Origin: Promethearchaeota archaeon Loki_b31
Lineage (GTDB): Archaea > Asgardarchaeota > Lokiarchaeia > Sigyniarchaeales > SOKP01
Reading direction: 5' to 3'
Length of the DNA stretch: 18,841 nucleotides
NCBI GenBank assembly: GCA_005222975.1
Contig: NJBI01000059.1
Location: forward strand, 1-18,841
Shown here: positions 15,058-18,841 of the stretch, piece after piece
Layout of the letters: each line of letters starts with the position of its first letter
Numbering within the stretch: position 1 is the stretch's first letter
Program-made: the position numbers and the translations under genes
Notes under the pieces: generated by a model
Told to the model about the DNA's origin: nothing
The model's input: only the letters and a program-made list of their open reading frames with translations
Databases searched by the model: none

Positions 15058-15159
15058 GAGCATCTGATTGTAAATGAAGCGACTACACCCTATTGTTTTG
15101 TGAATCTTAGTCAGTTGCGTCTTGTTCGGATATATCCGAACATTGAAAGCTCGAATCAT
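15058..15159 (-). pseudogene. tnpB: tnpB 5' fragment (HTH_OrfB_IS605 domain only)
   Basis: MIRAFNVRIYPNKTQLTKIHKTIGCSRFIYNQML matches the A-x-x-x-RIYP...Q...G-x-x-RF-x-YN pattern; homology ends after 34 codons. Confidence 0.88.
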
Positions 15160-15289
15160 TTATACCTAAAAAGAAAGAATCATTCTTTAAATGGATTATA
15201 GTATAGTGGTTTTATGATTTTTTTTTTCAAAAAAATCCTGCTTAATTCATCGCCTCCCATAAATGGGGGTGTTTTCTTAAGCGTTCATG
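15058..15289 (-). mobile_element. IS200/IS605-family (IS1341-like, tnpB-only) left-end remnant
   Basis: Subterminal hairpin CACCCCCAT-TT-ATGGGAGGCG followed by ATGAAT on the - strand (15271..15245), enclosed by GCTTAA/TTAAGC; putative TTTAT target at 15294..15290; tnpB starts 130 nt inside, leaving no room for tnpA. Confidence 0.75.
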
Positions 15290-15339
15290 ATAAAATTTAC
15301 AGTGTTAAATTACAACTTTATTTTGAATGAATATATAAA

Positions 15340-15402
15340 TTTATAAATTAGAATTCTATAATAATTATAGCGACTATAATAGCTATAATAATAATAATAA
15401 TA
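15340..15402 (+). promoter_or_regulatory. Promoter/operator of the vapBC pair
   Basis: TTTATAAA at 15340..15347; inverted repeat CTATAAT-A-ATTATAG at 15356..15370; further CTATAAT copies at 15374 and 15383, running into (AAT)n. Confidence 0.55.
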
Positions 15403-15415
15403 AAGTGAATAAATT

Positions 15416-15685
15416 ATGGCAAGTACTACTATTCAGATTTCAAAAAAAATCAAAAATAAGTTATTTGAACTTATAAATAGACTTGAGAAAAAATGGGGAA
15501 GAAGAATTACTTATGACGAGGCAATTGAATTCCTACTTGAAGAAAAAGTAACAAAAGTAAATAAAGAAGAATTTCTCAATAATATTAAAAAATTTCAAGG
15601 AATTCTTAAGGGAGAAGGTAGATCTTTACTTAAAGAATCAAGGAGGGTTGATCTTGAACGAGAAGAAAGATACACTAATCGATGA
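15416..15685 (+). CDS. VapB-type (RHH-like) antitoxin
   Basis: TTIQIS..K.KL...TYDEAIEFLL N-terminus, charged tail, overlaps the PIN gene. Confidence 0.8.
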   Translation: MASTTIQISKKIKNKLFELINRLEKKWGRRITYDEAIEFLLEEKVTKVNKEEFLNNIKKFQGILKGEGRSLLKESRRVDLEREERYTNR

Positions 15686-16100
15686 TACATCAATAGTCGT
15701 TGATACATCCGTTTTAATGGAAGTTTTAGATGAAACTCCAATGGGTAAAGATTTTTTTCAAAAAGTTCTTTCAATTACACAGATCCAAAAGTTTTACATT
15801 TCACCTCTCGTGGATACTGAACTTAAGTATATATTATGTCGACAAAAAGGGTATGAAAATGCAATCAAGATAACCTCTGAATTTTTAAAAGATTTTACGA
15901 TATATTCTGAAAACAAATTAAGAGATGAGGCAGCTCACTTAAAATGTAATTTTGCTATTTCCCTTGCTGATTGTTATAGCTTGGCAACCGCAAAATTGTT
16001 AGATATTCCTATTTACATGAAAAAAGAGGATGAAATCGAGAAAGTATTTAGCGATTTATCAACTCTCGTAAAAATTAACTTCATTGATGATTTAAAATAA
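15648..16100 (+). CDS. vapC: PIN-domain (VapC) ribonuclease toxin
   Basis: VVDTSVL, TELKY, ISLADCYSLATA acidic motifs; TTG start at 15648 or 15654 after AGGAGGGT. Confidence 0.88.
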   Translation: MILNEKKDTLIDDTSIVVDTSVLMEVLDETPMGKDFFQKVLSITQIQKFYISPLVDTELKYILCRQKGYENAIKITSEFLKDFTIYSENKLRDEAAHLKCNFAISLADCYSLATAKLLDIPIYMKKEDEIEKVFSDLSTLVKINFIDDLK

Positions 16101-16154
16101 TACTGGTTTTACAGATTAGTAGTATAAAAAATTAATAAAATAAAATGAAAAAAA

Positions 16155-17009
16155 ATGAAATTTAAAACAATAAACTTTGAATTAAAAGAAAACGGAATTG
16201 GAATACTAACACTTAATCGTCCTGATAAATTAAATGCTATGTCGTTTCAGATGATTAAAGATTTGCACGATTTATTTGACTCTTTAATGGTTAATTTAGA
16301 TTGTCGTGTTGTTATATTAAAAGCAGAAGGGAGAGCGTTCTGTGCTGGTTTGGATTTGAAAGAATCGATGATTTTACAGTCTAAAAAGAAGCCAGCAGAA
16401 TTAAAAGAAAAGTTTCATTTTCTAAATGCTCCCGATAAAGATATTATAAAGGCAAAATTATACGCTCAGTGGCACACCAGTCAAATAATCGTGAAAATGC
16501 GTAAGATTGGTCAACCAATTATAGCTTTAATTCAGGGTGCTGCATCTGGAGCTGGTTTTGCTTTTGTCTTAGCTGCAGATATTAGGATTGCCAGCAAAAA
16601 AGCAAGATTTAATAACGCATTTATTAATGTGGGGTTTTCTGGCGCAGACTTAGGATCTAGTTATCACCTTCCTCGACTTATAGGGATGTCAAGAGCAGCA
16701 GAGATTTTATATACGGGAAGATTTGTCGACGCTTATGAAGCTGAAAAGATTGGACTAGTGTTAAGCGTGGTAGAAGAAGAAAAATTATTAGATACTGCTA
16801 TTGAATTGGCTGAAAATATGTTGAATAAAAGCCCTTTGGGATTAAGGATGACTAAACAAGCAACTAATTTATCTCTTGATTCCCCAAGTCTGGAAACGAT
16901 TCTTCAATTAGAAAATCGTGCACAAATGCTTTGTTCTACTTCAGATGACATTATGGAAGGCGTTCAATCCTTTTTCGAAAAAAGAGATCCAAAATATCCC
17001 TTGAGCTAA
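16155..17009 (+). CDS. Enoyl-CoA hydratase/isomerase (crotonase) family protein, paralog 1
   Basis: TLNRPDKLNA, AFCAGLDL, QPIIA, GAGF, EAEKIGLV, FFEKRDP. Confidence 0.93.
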   Translation: MKFKTINFELKENGIGILTLNRPDKLNAMSFQMIKDLHDLFDSLMVNLDCRVVILKAEGRAFCAGLDLKESMILQSKKKPAELKEKFHFLNAPDKDIIKAKLYAQWHTSQIIVKMRKIGQPIIALIQGAASGAGFAFVLAADIRIASKKARFNNAFINVGFSGADLGSSYHLPRLIGMSRAAEILYTGRFVDAYEAEKIGLVLSVVEEEKLLDTAIELAENMLNKSPLGLRMTKQATNLSLDSPSLETILQLENRAQMLCSTSDDIMEGVQSFFEKRDPKYPLS

Positions 17010-17109
17010 CCTGGAGTTAGATGACTCAAATATTCCTCATTTTATTAATAAATCATTAGTACAAAAAAGTATTAGGATGAATATATTTAATAAATATAAA
17101 TAATACCTA

Positions 17110-17430
17110 TTGAATGAGAAAAACATGAAAGCTCTAAATAAAGAAGATATATTCAAGCTTCTAAAGCAAAATAAAGAAAAATTAAAGAAGTATAATGTCA
17201 AAAAGATAGGATTATTTGGTTCTGTTTTGAGAGGAGAGCATACTAATGAGAGTGATGTCGATCTAATAGTAGAGTTTGATGAGGGAAAAAAAAATTATGA
17301 TAATTTTATCGAATTAGTTTTTTTATTAGAAGGTCTTTTGCAGAGAAAGATAGATTTACTCACAATTGAAGCTCTCAATCCTTATATGAAGCCCAAAATC
17401 TTAAAGGAGGCTTATTTTGAATCGATCTAA
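17110..17430 (+). CDS. mntA: Minimal nucleotidyltransferase (MNT) antitoxin
   Basis: GS-x10-DVD motif (FGSVLRGEHTNESDVD), L..LL.RKIDL; the start may be ATG at 17125. Confidence 0.9.
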   Translation: MNEKNMKALNKEDIFKLLKQNKEKLKKYNVKKIGLFGSVLRGEHTNESDVDLIVEFDEGKKNYDNFIELVFLLEGLLQRKIDLLTIEALNPYMKPKILKEAYFESI

Positions 17431-17764
17431 CGATTATCTGGATAAAATCAATCACATTAATGATGAAGTTAACTATTTAATAACCAAATCAAAAGAATTA
17501 ACGCACGATGAGTTTATTAAGGATGAAACTCTAAAAAGAGCATTTGTTAGAAGCTTGGAGATTATTGGAGAAGCCGTAAAAAGAATTCCTAAACAAGTAT
17601 GTGAACAATACCGACAGATCGAATGGAATAAAATTGCGGGAATGAGAGATAAACTAATCCATCACTATTTTGGGGTTGATTATGACTTAATTTGGGATGT
17701 AATTGAAAACCATATTCCAAAATTAAAAGAAGCAATCAAATTGATTCTTAATGGAGAATATTAA
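17417..17764 (+). CDS. hepT: HEPN/DUF86 ribonuclease toxin (HepT-like)
   Basis: R.LEIIGEA, W..IAGMRDKLIHHY (R-x4-H-x-Y); 14-nt overlap with MNT; SD AAGGAGG at 17404..17410. Confidence 0.92.
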   Translation: MNRSNDYLDKINHINDEVNYLITKSKELTHDEFIKDETLKRAFVRSLEIIGEAVKRIPKQVCEQYRQIEWNKIAGMRDKLIHHYFGVDYDLIWDVIENHIPKLKEAIKLILNGEY

Positions 17765-17810
17765 TATTTTAGTGTATATTTTTAATCAAATAAGAAAAAA
17801 GTGAAAAAAA

Positions 17811-18656
17811 TTGAATTTTGAAACAATCAATTTTGAACTACAACCAAATGGTATAGGTATTATAACACTCAATCGTCCAGAGAAATTGAATGCTATTTCT
17901 TTTCAAATGGAGGAAGACTTACATGAATTATTAGATCATTTGATGACAAATTTAGATTGTCGTGTTGTGATTTTTGGGGGAATGGGGCGCGCATTTTGTG
18001 CAGGAACTGATTTACAAGAAGGATTAATTTTAAATTCAAAAAGAACACCCGTAGGTTATGAGAAATACCACTTTTTAAACGTTCCAGAACCATTAAAAAG
18101 GAAAATGTATCATCAATGGCGTATAAGTCAAATATACGTGAAAATGCGAAAAATTAGCCAACCAATAATTGCAATTATAAACGGAGCAGCAGCAGGTGGG
18201 GGATTTGGATTCGCAATGGCAGCAGATATGCGGATTGCCAGTGAAGATGTAAAATTTATTAACGCTTCCATTAATATTGGGCTTACTGGTGCAGATGTGG
18301 GAGGTAGTTATTTTCTTCCTCGACTTATTGGAATGTCAAGAGCAGCTGAAATATTATATAGTGGAAAGATTGTTGATGGTATGGAAGCTGAAAAAATAGG
18401 ATTAGTTCTAAAAGTTGTTAAAAAGGAAAATTTGTTAAAGGTAGCAATTGAAAAGGCAGAAGAATTGTTAAAAAAAAGTCCCTTAGGATTGAGAATGACT
18501 AAACAAGCAATCAATTTATCTTTAGATTCCCCAAGCTTAGAAACCATACTACAATTTGAAAACTCTTCAATAGTTTTGACATTTAGTTCAAAAGACGTAA
18601 ATGAAGCTTCTGCCGCCTTTTTTGAGAAAAGAGACCCTAAATTTCCTTTACGCTAA
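17811..18656 (+). CDS. Enoyl-CoA hydratase/isomerase (crotonase) family protein, paralog 2
   Basis: TLNRPEKLNA, AFCAGTDL, AAGGGF, KSPLGLRMTKQA..LSLDSPSLETILQ shared with paralog 1; TTG start. Confidence 0.93.
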   Translation: MNFETINFELQPNGIGIITLNRPEKLNAISFQMEEDLHELLDHLMTNLDCRVVIFGGMGRAFCAGTDLQEGLILNSKRTPVGYEKYHFLNVPEPLKRKMYHQWRISQIYVKMRKISQPIIAIINGAAAGGGFGFAMAADMRIASEDVKFINASINIGLTGADVGGSYFLPRLIGMSRAAEILYSGKIVDGMEAEKIGLVLKVVKKENLLKVAIEKAEELLKKSPLGLRMTKQAINLSLDSPSLETILQFENSSIVLTFSSKDVNEASAAFFEKRDPKFPLR

Positions 18657-18841
18657 ATTAGATCAGAAATTATGGAAATTTAGATTAATTCCTATACTTT
18701 GTGTATGGATGGGGAAAAAAAAAAGTTTTCGTTTAATGGTATCACGTAGATATTACAGCTTATTATAACAAAGTTTGGCGCTTTTAAATTCATGGACTTT
18801 ACTAGACGCGTCAAAAAAGAAATCGTGAAGATCTCTGCCGA

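Noticed and set aside
18753-18841. Possible gene end (- strand GRDLHDFFFDASSKVHEFKSAKLCYNKL*) or start (+ strand MDFTRRVKKE...) at the right edge
   Set aside because: Several frames are open and no family is recognisable; needs flanking sequence.
1-18841. CRISPR array, tRNA, rRNA
   Set aside because: No repeat-spacer periodicity and no GC-rich structured RNA segment seen in the intergenic regions.

Overview
AT-rich prokaryotic chromosomal window. The gene families, oligo-T terminators and TATA-like promoters suggest an Asgard archaeon (Lokiarchaeia-like), but this is inference. Left to right: an MFS sugar transporter; a metal/Fe-S cluster (DtxR-family regulator and DUF5320 protein divergent from NifB/NifX, IscU/NifU, radical SAM and Zn-ribbon-TrmO genes, with a 28-bp palindrome between the two arms); a ~1276-codon TPR-like solenoid + nitrilase gene split by one IN-FRAME TAA; a 5'-truncated Sir2 gene joined head-to-head at an A18 run to a 5'-truncated small Cys protein missing from the ORF track; a small Zn-finger protein; a multi-Cys 4Fe-4S protein flanked by a ~60-bp direct repeat; a 50-aa ORF missing from the track; an orphan glycyl radical enzyme with a variant KVGGY radical loop; a HEAT/LRR protein; an IS200/IS605 (tnpB) left-end remnant fused to another truncated gene; then VapBC, crotonase, MNT/HEPN and a paralogous crotonase. 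No rRNA, tRNA or CRISPR array was seen.
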